Shown one piece after another: positions 1 through 9,011 of a stretch of DNA of 46,682 bases. How positions within the stretch are numbered: the first letter of the stretch is position 1; every line of letters begins with the position of its first letter. The notes beneath the pieces were generated by a model. It was not told the origin of the DNA. It saw nothing but the letters and a program-made list of their open reading frames with translations, and ran no database searches. Source of the DNA: an uncultured bacterium (GTDB lineage: Bacteria; Patescibacteriota; Saccharimonadia; UBA4664); contig CAVRET010000001.1 in the NCBI GenBank assembly GCA_963720265.1, positions 521,113 to 567,794 of the forward strand, given 5' to 3'. Both the position numbers and the translations under genes were made by a program.

Positions 1-253
1 CGTTGCACCACGCGCCGCCATTGTTTGTCGGCGGAATATTGGGGCCGGTAATGGTGTCGACAACCTTGTAGTTACTGCCCTCATGCCAAATGGGCATCAC
101 ATTTTCTGCGCTGCTGGCGGGAACTTTGTGGCTGTCATATTGGTAAACCGCGAAGCCACTGGCTGCAAGTACGACCGCGACTCCCGCCAGCGCAAGCACA
201 TGACCGATGCCAGCCTGGCTTGATAGAGTTACTAAAAATCTCTTAAAAATCAC
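1..253 (-). CDS. Partial CDS (N-terminal part only; gene runs off the window start): secreted or membrane-anchored protein of unknown function
   Basis: Hand translation of the minus strand from GTG at 251-253 stays open to position 1: MIFKRFLVTLSSQAGIGHVLALAGVAVVLAASGFAVYQYDSHKVPASSAENVMPIWHEGSNYKVVDTITGPNIPPTNNGGAWCN. It has a hydrophobic signal-anchor segment. It is absent from the ORF track because there is no stop inside the window. Confidence 0.35.
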   Translation of the reverse strand, partial: MIFKRFLVTLSSQAGIGHVLALAGVAVVLAASGFAVYQYDSHKVPASSAENVMPIWHEGSNYKVVDTITGPNIPPTNNGGAWCN

Positions 254-440
254 AAATTATCCTTATTTTTGTTAATTTAACTACAGTATTGTGCTTATGC
301 TTGACGTTTGTCAACTTGCGGGTTGGATGGTCTGTTTGGCTGGCGCGGTACCCCTCAGGTGGAACCAGATTTGGCCGAGCTTGAGGGATACATACGTTAG
401 ACTGAAAGAATTGGAAGAGATAGGGCGTTTGCTCGAATGA

Positions 441-1010
441 TTAAACAGACTCGAACTTTACTTCCTTCGGATAAAGAAGCATGAAAGGATAACCCACAAA
501 ATTTCTCTCAATTTTGCCGCAGCCTATTTGTTTTAAGAATTTGACCATGTCATCGGTAACCTTTTTCGGATCCCTCTCAGCGGCCACTTTGTATTCAATC
601 TCGACAAAATCGCCCAGCCCGGTTATTTGATCAAGCGCTATCTCATAGTCTTGGTACTTCCAAGTCTCCCGAGTTTTTTCGACAGTGATGATTGGTCTAA
701 TGTTGAGTACCGTGAATATCTTGCGCATTTGGTCCGCGTCACCTATTGGTGTTTCGTACTCATCGCAATATTGGCTCTTGCCGTCAGCGTCATAATGCCA
801 ATTCTTGTAGGTAATTGCGTTCTTGTCGGACTCGCGAAGACGTAGCCACTCGGCGACAGGTTTAACGCTCACAAAGTCGCGATGTGCAGGAGTAAAGTAT
901 TCATCTTTTTGATAGTTTTTTCCTACAAAATTTGCCTTCTCTTTAAGGAATACCTGCAGCCTGGACCTTTCACTGATTCGTACTTGGATCTCAATTTCAA
1001 CATCTTTCAT
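441..1010 (-). CDS. CYTH-domain protein (class IV adenylate cyclase / triphosphatase-like)
   Basis: ORF 441..1082. The likely start is internal M25 (ATG at 1008-1010), giving MKDVEIEIQVRI, an ExExK-like N-terminal strand. A later GDFVEIEY motif and a length of about 190 aa are typical of the CyaB/CYTH fold. Confidence 0.65.
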   Translation of the reverse strand: MKDVEIEIQVRISERSRLQVFLKEKANFVGKNYQKDEYFTPAHRDFVSVKPVAEWLRLRESDKNAITYKNWHYDADGKSQYCDEYETPIGDADQMRKIFTVLNIRPIITVEKTRETWKYQDYEIALDQITGLGDFVEIEYKVAAERDPKKVTDDMVKFLKQIGCGKIERNFVGYPFMLLYPKEVKFESV

Positions 1011-1255
1011 ATATATGTAGCATAGCAGAAAGGAGTGCAGACCTGATGGGGTTAGAACTCGATCAACAGATGGCAGACTCAAAGCAAAGTAAAAAGTCGA
1101 ACCAAATTGATCGACTTCTTATCTGTAACAATGTTCCAGAGATACTGGCTGGGGAGATCGTTCCTAGTCCAAACTTCGGACGAGAAGGACGAACACAGCC
1201 AAGAATTAGAGCAACAAATTGAAGCGACCCGTAAAATCTTAGAGGATATTCTATA

Positions 1256-2077
1256 ATGACGTATATGAATGATGAACTTCTGACAAAAGCCCTTGAAGTA
1301 GCCAAGCAGGCTGCTAAAGAAACAGGGCGCATGCTTTTACCCCACTATGGAAATATTAAAGCTAAAGTCGAGAGTGATAAGGCAGGAGACAGCATCGCAG
1401 GCGTCTTTACGGAACTTGACGAGAACGCAGAAAGGTTACTGCAAGAGCGTCTCGAAAAATTTGGCAATGAAACAGGGTTAGACATTGGCTTTACCGGTGA
1501 GCAATACGGCGAGCAACATGTCGCTGATATCTCCTGGCTGGTTGACCCCGTTGATGGCACTACTCATTTTATTCGTGGCTTACCAATGTGTACGGTCATG
1601 ATTGCACTCATAGAGAAAGGCGAAGTGCTATTGGCTGTCATCCATGACATTGCCAATCAGGAGACATACTGGGCTGCGCGGGGTCAGGGCGCTTTCCGCG
1701 ATGGAGAAAAGCTCATGGTGAGTCAGCGTGGCCTAAAGAAAAGTTTAGTTTGCTTTGAGTCGAAATTGGAAAACCCTGAAAACCTGAAAAAGTATATGCA
1801 AATCAGGCAAAATACGGTGACAATGGTCGGGCTTTGCAGCGGGTATGAGTTTATAATGATTGCTTCGGGCAAACTGGATGGTAAGGTCTGCATTGAGCCG
1901 TATGGCAAAGATTGGGACTTTGCGCCGGGCTCATTGTTAGTGCAAGAAGCCGGAGGAGTGGCGACTAACATTGGCCGAACCGATTACAATTATCACAATC
2001 ACGATATAATCATTGCTAGTGAGACGCTATATCGAGAATTGACTAATGGACCAGAGGCTATATTTCCGGTTGAATAG
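1256..2077 (+). CDS. Inositol monophosphatase family protein (SuhB/IMPase-like)
   Basis: Contains WLVDPVDGTTHFIRGLP (the IMPase metal-binding WxxDPxDGT motif) and a later KDWDFAPG motif. Length is 273 aa. Confidence 0.8.
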   Translation: MTYMNDELLTKALEVAKQAAKETGRMLLPHYGNIKAKVESDKAGDSIAGVFTELDENAERLLQERLEKFGNETGLDIGFTGEQYGEQHVADISWLVDPVDGTTHFIRGLPMCTVMIALIEKGEVLLAVIHDIANQETYWAARGQGAFRDGEKLMVSQRGLKKSLVCFESKLENPENLKKYMQIRQNTVTMVGLCSGYEFIMIASGKLDGKVCIEPYGKDWDFAPGSLLVQEAGGVATNIGRTDYNYHNHDIIIASETLYRELTNGPEAIFPVE

Positions 2078-2453
2078 TGGTTTCCTGTCTCGGCTAGATA
2101 TCACTGTACTTTTTCGATTGATCAACAAAGTTTGGACGACATATTTCCCCTACTCAAAGTCCAAACCAAAAACTACTCCTTTTTCAGAGGTGATTCGAGT
2201 TCAAATACTATGGCTGACCATTATGGCCAGTGTTAAACACTGTCTACTTAGCTCGACTCAGGTCGAATCTTACCTTTCTTAAGCGAGAATCCCCTATCTC
2301 CTAAGGGCGATTCCTATATTGTTTTGACCTCGGGCGGGGGGGGGTATGCGTTTGCCGCGAAGTTGTGCGACATGTTAAACCCAAAAATTTTTCCGATTTT
2401 TGCAAAATGACCGTTTTGTAATAGGTTAGAATGTCAGTAACTAAGGGACGAGT

Positions 2454-3233
2454 ATGGGCTTTAGAATACGTAAATCAATCAAACTTGGTGGCGGTGTCCG
2501 GCTTAATTTGAGCAAGAGCGGGATCGGAATGAGCGCCGGCGTCAAAGGGATGCGCCTAGGCATCAACAGCAAGGGGCAACGATACACAAACGCCAGTATC
2601 CCGGGAACGGGTTTGTCGTATCGAACTGGCTCATCGCGAGGGACTGCCAAAAAGCAAGCCGTAGCCTCCGCTGCGACTTTTGAGCAACAGGCTAAGGTCG
2701 CGCTGCTTGAAGGTGCCAAAGCAGCTAAGAACAAAGATTTTACTGCCACCCTGAAGTTTGCAAGACAAGCCGAGGCGCTCGATCCTAGTAACTCGCAAGT
2801 TGATTTGATGCTCGCCGCGAGTCTAGGTAGCTTGCAGCACTGGACTGAAGCAGCGCGATACTACAATCGCTACCTTGCGGTAGACCCAACCAACAGAGTG
2901 CACGTAATGGCGCTTGCCGCCTGCTATCTCCAGCTCCACAAGTATGATCAGGCAATTCAAACTATCAAAACGATTCCGGAACCAGACTGGACGCTCAGCA
3001 ACAGACGGCTCTTGGCCGACTGCTACGGCGGGGGCCAAGATTATCCTGCCGCAATTGCAGTACTTCGAGCTGCCTCCATTAATACTCCCAATCCAGACCA
3101 CGATACACTGAAAACGATCTTCACCTTGGGCAAGATGTTTAAGCAAACCGGCGACCAAAATCATGCGCGCAGGTGCTTTGAACGTGTCCACGAGTTTGAG
3201 CCAGAATTTCCTGGTCTGGCATCGGAGCTTTAA
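2454..3233 (+). CDS. DUF4236-like N-terminal domain fused to TPR repeats
   Basis: The N-terminus MGFRIRKSIKLGGGVRLNLSKSGIGMSAGVKGMRLGINSKGQRYTNASIPGTGLSYRT matches the glycine-rich DUF4236 pattern. The C-terminal half has TPR-like helical repeats (ARYYNRYLAVDPTN, ALAACYLQLHKYDQA). Confidence 0.6.
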   Translation: MGFRIRKSIKLGGGVRLNLSKSGIGMSAGVKGMRLGINSKGQRYTNASIPGTGLSYRTGSSRGTAKKQAVASAATFEQQAKVALLEGAKAAKNKDFTATLKFARQAEALDPSNSQVDLMLAASLGSLQHWTEAARYYNRYLAVDPTNRVHVMALAACYLQLHKYDQAIQTIKTIPEPDWTLSNRRLLADCYGGGQDYPAAIAVLRAASINTPNPDHDTLKTIFTLGKMFKQTGDQNHARRCFERVHEFEPEFPGLASEL

Positions 3234-3307
3234 GGTTTAGATCTGAAGACACATTCGAACCTTAAGATATGCTTGCATTTAGCTGAAATTATGGTATTCT
3301 GTGCGGG

Positions 3308-4006
3308 ATGGAAGACATTCGCCCTAATCGGCCACAAAAACCCTCGGACCAAGTTCACCGCCGGCCAATGCATGCTGCCGCTACAGCGAATCATCCCGTA
3401 GAGGCCACTCCGGTAAGCCACATTCAAGACAGTCGCCCGGTGTCAACGGGTCGTCTAGTGTTGTACTTTGCTGGCCCTATAATTGGGATTGTTGCCAGCA
3501 CAATCTTATTTGCTATCGTCTCGTTTGTCGTCAACTCTAGCGGCTCAATGCAGGGAGGGGTGTTTCAAACAGTCAGTGACACGCTTGTATTCTTGCTCGG
3601 CGGAGTGTGCGTCATTCTGATACCGGTTGGAATCGTCCTCGGTACAATGGGGGTATCTCGCAATAACCGCGCTGCTGCTGGTGCTCAGGCCGTCGTTAAG
3701 ACCGCAGAGAACACCCTCGAAGCGAGCAAAGGGTGGAACTGGGGCGCATTCTTGTTTACTTGGATATGGGGTGTCGCCAATGGTGTGCCAAAGAGCCTTT
3801 GGGCATTGATACCAATCTGGAACATTGTATACGCCTTTATTCTTGGTGCGAAAGGTAATCAGTGGGCCTGGGAAGGTCGTGACTGGACCAGCGTAGAGGA
3901 TTTTCGTGCCAGCCAACACAAATGGGCTATCTGGGGGCTCATCATCTACGGAATCATATTCGTGCTCTACCTGATTGGAGCAGTCTCCGGTAATAACAAC
4001 AGCTAG
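3308..4006 (+). CDS. Hypothetical multi-pass membrane protein
   Basis: Disordered N-terminus, then several hydrophobic spans. C-terminal WNWGAFLFTWIWGVANGV ... GAKGNQWAWEGRDW is a motif seen in small uncharacterised membrane proteins. Confidence 0.4.
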   Translation: MEDIRPNRPQKPSDQVHRRPMHAAATANHPVEATPVSHIQDSRPVSTGRLVLYFAGPIIGIVASTILFAIVSFVVNSSGSMQGGVFQTVSDTLVFLLGGVCVILIPVGIVLGTMGVSRNNRAAAGAQAVVKTAENTLEASKGWNWGAFLFTWIWGVANGVPKSLWALIPIWNIVYAFILGAKGNQWAWEGRDWTSVEDFRASQHKWAIWGLIIYGIIFVLYLIGAVSGNNNS

Positions 4007-4083
4007 TTTTCGTGCCGCTTATGGTGGTTTCGTATCTGGGCTAAGCCTATAATGGTTACCCTAATAAGATGGAGCGTGCTTAA

Positions 4084-5253
4084 GTGGCACAACGTCAGCG
4101 AAACAAACTAGGCCGAAACGACCCCTGCTTTTGTGGCAGTGGTCTCAAGTACAAAAAGTGCTGCCTACCTAAGGGTGAACGACCGTGGCGGCCGAGTGAT
4201 GATGTGCCCCCGGAAGTCCTCCAGGCCTATTACGAGGCAAACCGCGAACGCGTTGACCTCCAGGCGAAGGGTATTTACATTAACTTGCCTAATACTGATA
4301 CGTTCCAGGGCAAGTCGTTTATGGCGGTTGGTAGCCGATTAATGTATGAGAACCGGCCAAACGTGCCGAATCATGAAATGCTGCTCTTGCACCTACAACG
4401 GGTGCTTGGCAAGGAGTGGTGGGAGGCAGAGACTGCCAAACCTATCGAACAGCAACACTTTATCCGGCGGTGCTTTAGTGAGGTCAGCGCCCATCCCTTC
4501 ACAGCCGAGCAGGATTTGCGGCAAGAGACACCCGATTTGCGGTCGTTTTTACCCACCGGCAACCTCCAAGCTCTGATGAGTTTGGCATTTGACGTGTACT
4601 TGCTTGAGCACAAAGCGAGCTTACCCGATGACTGGCTACGCCGGCTGCGACACCGCGACCAGTATCAAGGCGTGAGGCATGAGATTGCCGTGGCCTCAAT
4701 CTTTATTCGGATTGGTTGCCGACTCGAGTTTTACCCGGACGCGGGTGCCACGGTCAAACACCCGGAGTTTGCAGCCATACATGATGAGACCGCCAACAAG
4801 GTGGCGGTCGAGGTAAAAAGTCGGCACCGGCGGGGCGTTATCAATAGGCCCGGCCAGCCAGACCTAAAAAAGGCCGCGCTCGGTGACGTTGAACACCTAT
4901 TTGACGCCGCCTTGGAGAAAGAGACTGACGGCCTGCCGTTTATGGTATTCATTGATGTGAACGCTCCCTCGGCCAAGGACCAGCCGACAGCGGAAACCCA
5001 GTGGTTTGCCGATATCAAACAGATGATCGAAGCTAAAGGCACAAACTCACCCGCGCACCCCGAACCCTACAATGCGCTCTGGGCTACCAACTATTCACCC
5101 CACTACGATGGCAACGATGTTACCTATAGCGGCGGCTACGCCGTCGTTGCTAATACTCATGTTCAGCATTCGATTAATGGTGGCTTGCAGGGCGAGTTCA
5201 TGAATCGACTCATGCAGGCTGTCGCGAGCTATGGCTTTGTCCCAAAACTTTAA
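4084..5253 (+). CDS. SEC-C motif protein with a C-terminal PD-(D/E)xK nuclease-like motif
   Basis: GTG start. The N-terminus has NDPCFCGSGLKYKKCC (SEC-C metal-binding motif). The C-terminal region has HEIAVAS ... HPEFAAIHDETANKVAVEVKSRH, which fits the E ... PE ... ExK spacing of restriction-endonuclease-like folds. The nuclease assignment is inference. Confidence 0.5.
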   Translation: MAQRQRNKLGRNDPCFCGSGLKYKKCCLPKGERPWRPSDDVPPEVLQAYYEANRERVDLQAKGIYINLPNTDTFQGKSFMAVGSRLMYENRPNVPNHEMLLLHLQRVLGKEWWEAETAKPIEQQHFIRRCFSEVSAHPFTAEQDLRQETPDLRSFLPTGNLQALMSLAFDVYLLEHKASLPDDWLRRLRHRDQYQGVRHEIAVASIFIRIGCRLEFYPDAGATVKHPEFAAIHDETANKVAVEVKSRHRRGVINRPGQPDLKKAALGDVEHLFDAALEKETDGLPFMVFIDVNAPSAKDQPTAETQWFADIKQMIEAKGTNSPAHPEPYNALWATNYSPHYDGNDVTYSGGYAVVANTHVQHSINGGLQGEFMNRLMQAVASYGFVPKL

Positions 5254-5323
5254 GCATAAGCGTGTTACATGAGATGTCTCGTACCCCCCGACTGGGACGG
5301 GGCTACGGGACGTTACCCGAACC
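5254..5323 (+). repeat. Intergenic repeat family copy E (long form)
   Basis: Sequence is gcataagcgtgttacatgagatgtctcgtaccccccgactgggacggggctacgggacgttacccgaacc. The 3-prime 34 nt match copy B (38523-38556) at about 27/34 positions, and tttaagcataag is shared with copy B. It lies between convergent genes. Confidence 0.55.
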
Positions 5324-5362
5324 GATTGAGCTTGCCCTTGACTAATTATTCCCCGGTTTTCG

Positions 5363-6094
5363 CTAGACGAGGCCCGGTAGGATTGCGCTAACGTAACGAT
5401 TGAAGCTTGGGGCTTTGCCGTCCCCAATTAACTTGAGGATCATGCCATCGGTAATATGGGCAACGATCATCTCTACTTCGTCTGTATGCTTATCATATTT
5501 TTTGCCGACTAACTGGAGAATGTTTGATACTTCGGGTGCTGGATGCAAAAAGGTCGCTTCAGGTGAGATTGTAGCCAAGTCATAGCCTAAAGAGTCTTGG
5601 ATGAACTTGAATGATAGCTTGCTGTCAATCGCTTCAAATAGACCAGGCATTGAAAGCATCCAGGCCTCGGTTTCCATCTCTGCATACGAAAATTGAACCC
5701 TGCCCTTGGGGTCGGCATCTTCTGACTGTTTTGCGGCGCTTTCTCGATACACCTCATTTAAGGATAGGTCTAGCTTGCCGCCGCTCAGTCGCAAATAGTC
5801 GCTTCCGTATAGATCTTTGAGCCCAACCACAACCTCAGAGCCCCTAAAGAGGAGCCCTTCGAGACGATCTTTTAGAGACGACAGAACACTACCGTCGCCA
5901 GGTGCAATGAAGATGTTGTAGTAATTGGAGGCAGAAGAGTTTGTACTAAAACTCCTAAGCGGTTTTCCTGCTCCGCTTGACTTGGACAATGCGATTATGT
6001 CTACGTATAAATCACCCAGCGGGATGCTTTGCTCAAGTAGAGCGCGTGTAAATATCGCTTCCGTTTGGCCCTCTACAAAGATGGCCGCTTTCAC
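5363..6094 (-). CDS. Toprim-like / DUF4276-like protein, partner of the upstream ATPase
   Basis: The N-terminus MKAAIFVEGQTEAIF has a Toprim/DUF4276-type hVEGxTE acidic motif. A later acidic cluster is YAEMETEAWML. Its start lies 2 nt after the stop of ORF 6097..7215 on the same strand. Confidence 0.55.
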   Translation of the reverse strand: MKAAIFVEGQTEAIFTRALLEQSIPLGDLYVDIIALSKSSGAGKPLRSFSTNSSASNYYNIFIAPGDGSVLSSLKDRLEGLLFRGSEVVVGLKDLYGSDYLRLSGGKLDLSLNEVYRESAAKQSEDADPKGRVQFSYAEMETEAWMLSMPGLFEAIDSKLSFKFIQDSLGYDLATISPEATFLHPAPEVSNILQLVGKKYDKHTDEVEMIVAHITDGMILKLIGDGKAPSFNRYVSAILPGLV

Positions 6095-6096
6095 CG

Positions 6097-7215
6097 TTAG
6101 CTCTTTTCTAGATAATCAGACGAGAAAAGATCGAAATTACTTAGTCCAGTTAGGCGAAACTTGTCAAAGGCTTCCTTTTTGTTTGTGTAGTTTGCGGCCT
6201 TTACTTCCCCGTGAGCTCTGGAGAGTATATTCCATTTTTCTATGTCCACTCCGTTCATAAGCACTCTGCTATTCGTGGCCGCAATCAGCTGAACATTTGG
6301 TAGCGCCAGTTTTTCAAAAACAAGTTTTGACAGTCTGTTAGCTCGGTCATAATCTAGGCCTTCATCCAGGTCGTCAATTAAGACCAGGTTCTCGGCGCCC
6401 TTCTTTTTACTCCTGATGTACTCAACTAGAATTAGGAGCGAAAGTGCTCTCACCAAACCCGTTGAAAGTTCTATCTGGGCAATTGGGAGGTCTTGCCCCT
6501 CGGGTTTGACGTTGAGCATCTTTATGTCTAGCCCCAGGCCTAATTCTGGGTTTGTGGCCATTGAAACATTCTCGAGTTGATATCCGATATGATTCATATT
6601 GCTAATTACGTTTTTTACATCCGCATCATCTAGGTCAGCCAGCAACGGACCCGCCGCCTGAAGGCCGATGTTCCCCAGAAGTTGATCTGCTGACTCAGGA
6701 GTCTTTATCAAGTTAACTAAGTTGTTTGCATTAACATCTGCAAAACCGACTCGCAAGGTGTTTGAAGCCCAGTTGTTAAGACTAACAAAATAGGGGTATT
6801 CAAATTCGTCCGCTCGAGACTGCATAACAAGCTTATCGGCAGGAGGTTGAATGTCTTCATCCTGTTTAGATTTTTCACTGAATAGTTTCGTGCCTTGCTT
6901 GGTCCGAGTTAGCTTAACCGATCCTGACACTGAAAGCTTTTCCTCGACAATAGTTTTGTCGATAGCTACCTTTAATTTGTACATAATTTCCGTGCCGTCG
7001 CGTTCGAATGTCGCGTCCCAGCTACCGGGAGATAGAGTCCTTTTTCCGGTCAACATTTGAGAGAAGTTAGATATCAGATTAAGCAGGCGTGTCTTTCCTA
7101 CCGCATTCATTCCGACAACGAGATTCTGATCTTGTAAGACTACCCCGCTAATAGACCAAGGATTGCGGCCAAGTTGGCGTAGGTCTTCTGAGTAATTAAA
7201 TGCTTTGAGCTTCAT
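6097..7215 (-). CDS. ABC-type (AAA_15/AAA_21-like) ATPase
   Basis: Walker A is GMNAVGKT, the signature-like motif is ELSTGLVRAL, and Walker B is LVLIDDLDEGLD followed by QLIAATNS. There are no transmembrane segments. It forms an operon with 5363..6094. Confidence 0.7.
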   Translation of the reverse strand: MKLKAFNYSEDLRQLGRNPWSISGVVLQDQNLVVGMNAVGKTRLLNLISNFSQMLTGKRTLSPGSWDATFERDGTEIMYKLKVAIDKTIVEEKLSVSGSVKLTRTKQGTKLFSEKSKQDEDIQPPADKLVMQSRADEFEYPYFVSLNNWASNTLRVGFADVNANNLVNLIKTPESADQLLGNIGLQAAGPLLADLDDADVKNVISNMNHIGYQLENVSMATNPELGLGLDIKMLNVKPEGQDLPIAQIELSTGLVRALSLLILVEYIRSKKKGAENLVLIDDLDEGLDYDRANRLSKLVFEKLALPNVQLIAATNSRVLMNGVDIEKWNILSRAHGEVKAANYTNKKEAFDKFRLTGLSNFDLFSSDYLEKS

Positions 7216-7371
7216 ATCGAGTAGAGTATACCAAAATACGCTAACTAAATCCTGCTCATGGGGCTTAATGGGCTAACATCCATTAGTCTCTGCGCGTTGA
7301 TTCCGCGCCTAATAGGCATTCGTGTTGGTTAGTTATAATGAGTTACGGAATATACTTGGAGATCAATAAGG

Positions 7372-7974
7372 ATGGATCCAACTCAAAAACAATTGGCTGA
7401 GCTTGCCGTACAGCTTGGAGAGGTGACCGTCAGGAATACGGCGGGGGCAATTTTAGATAAAGTTCGTGCGGCTAAAGTCAGAAAGAATGACAAAGAAACA
7501 ATCAGTCAGCTTGAAGAAATAATAAGTAGCTTGATATCGGATAAAAACGATTTAGTTCAAATTGCTCAGACGTATGAACAAGAATTTGCAGCTCAGAGAA
7601 TCTCAAAAGAAGACATTAATTATATTACTGAAAAATTTGTGCCTACTTTGCGAGAGCTACTGAAGAAGCTTCCTAACAGTGACAGCAGTACGGCAAATAT
7701 GGAGCAAACTTTTGATGTCTTGAAGCCTATAATGTCGGTTGAAACGCTTACGATTCTTCAGCTGTTAGGATTCAATTTTAAACGAGGTATTGGTGAGCCC
7801 CTAACAGTACTCCTTCAGAAGTTTATTCTGTCGAAGGCACCTTCTGAACAGTCATCAGATCTGGAGTTGAGTAAGCTGATTGCTGCGCAGAACACCGAGT
7901 TCTTAAAGTTGGCGCAAGATAAAGAGTCCTCCAAAAGGTATCAGGTTCTAAATGGAAGTGCTGTTAAAAAATAG
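7372..7974 (+). CDS. Hypothetical all-helical protein
   Basis: 200-aa ORF with RBS aagga upstream of the ATG. No motif recognised. It is divergent from the ATPase operon. Confidence 0.35.
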   Translation: MDPTQKQLAELAVQLGEVTVRNTAGAILDKVRAAKVRKNDKETISQLEEIISSLISDKNDLVQIAQTYEQEFAAQRISKEDINYITEKFVPTLRELLKKLPNSDSSTANMEQTFDVLKPIMSVETLTILQLLGFNFKRGIGEPLTVLLQKFILSKAPSEQSSDLELSKLIAAQNTEFLKLAQDKESSKRYQVLNGSAVKK

Positions 7975-8121
7975 CTGCCTTGGATGGCCGATACGACCTA
8001 GCTGGGCCTTACTTAAGGCGGGTCCCTCTCAGATAGCCCAAACGATACGAAATGTCATCGGTAGTGAGCCGCCAATCGGTGCATTTGAGTGTTTTTTCGA
8101 CCAGTTTCTTGAGTATGGCCC

Positions 8122-8733
8122 CTACGTGCATGTCCCAGGGGACTCCCCTGCGGCATTCGGCGTGCAGCCGCCAGTGGAGTTGAATAAGTTGCCCTGGATG
8201 ATTAGCACGTAGAAAAGGTACCCAACGATTAACGCTAAGATGACATACCAAAAGATCTTCTTGGCCTGAGCGTTATTGTTATCGCGTATTTCCGCTCGTA
8301 GTTTCTCTAGTTCGTTCCGGTGCTTTTGTTCCACTTCTTCCAAAGTCTCGGCGCCCAGAATGTGAGAGTAGACGGCTTTATTTTCCTTGTCCACCCGGTC
8401 AACAATTTCAACAACAGGATTTTTTAGCTCAAGACCCGACAGCCCTGGAGCGTCCTTGTATTTGCTGTATGGCCTTCTAACTCCTATCAGTCCGCGGAAT
8501 ATGTAGGACTGTCCAGTCTTCAGCCTGCCGCGCATTTGTAAATCATGGTCCCAGATGACGTGGAACGACCCTGTTTTGTCACTTATGTAACATTCTGTAC
8601 CGCTGCCGACTCCATCCCCATCAAATGTAGTCAAGTGCAAGTTGGTAGTGCCCATTAAGGCCACGGGCTTGCCAGGGATGGGGTTATTGCAAGCGGAGAT
8701 GCTAATTATTGGAGTTTTGATTATCTTCGGCAT
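8122..8733 (-). CDS. Hypothetical protein with a coiled-coil segment and a C-terminal transmembrane helix
   Basis: 203-aa ORF with a beta-rich N-terminal half, a helical ETLEEVEQKHRNELEKLRAEIRD segment, and a TM helix IFWYVILALIVGYLFYVLII. Confidence 0.35.
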   Translation of the reverse strand: MPKIIKTPIISISACNNPIPGKPVALMGTTNLHLTTFDGDGVGSGTECYISDKTGSFHVIWDHDLQMRGRLKTGQSYIFRGLIGVRRPYSKYKDAPGLSGLELKNPVVEIVDRVDKENKAVYSHILGAETLEEVEQKHRNELEKLRAEIRDNNNAQAKKIFWYVILALIVGYLFYVLIIQGNLFNSTGGCTPNAAGESPGTCT

Positions 8734-8910
8734 TAACTCTATGCCCTATTTTAATGAGAGTGTACGTCTTATAGCACTGGCTAAGCAATTTATCGTATGC
8801 TCACCCGGATTTTCACTTATTGAGTTCTGAACTGAAGGCCGAATATGATAAGGTTAGAACCTCAAATTATGGCTCTGTTGAGGAAGAAACTGCCGCTATT
8901 GCGGGTATAA

Positions 8911-8945
8911 AAACACAATGGCTGGGGTGGCCGGATTCGAACCAC
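8911..8945 (+). repeat. Repeat family copy F1; reads as a tRNA 3-prime end remnant on the minus strand
   Basis: Sequence is aaacacaatggctggggtggccggattcgaaccac. The reverse complement of 8919-8943 is GGTTCGAATCCGGCCACCCCAGCCA: T-loop, 3-prime T-stem, acceptor strand, discriminator and CCA. No matching 5-prime half follows, so it is a fragment and not a gene. Confidence 0.6.
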
Positions 8946-8956
8946 TGGTTGAAGTG

Positions 8957-8985
8957 TTGACACTAGTGTACAAGATCTATACAAT
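8957..8985 (+). promoter_or_regulatory. Sigma-70-like promoter for the RHH/PIN cassette
   Basis: TTGACA (8957-8962), a 17-nt spacer, then TACAAT (8980-8985). RBS gaggagcagagg precedes the ATG at 9012. Confidence 0.55.
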
Positions 8986-9011
8986 ACTTGTTAGTATGAG
9001 GAGCAGAGGTT

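Noticed and set aside
2046-2282. 78-aa ORF after the IMPase gene
   Set aside because: It overlaps the IMPase 3-prime end, has no RBS and has low-complexity composition. It is probably non-coding spacer.
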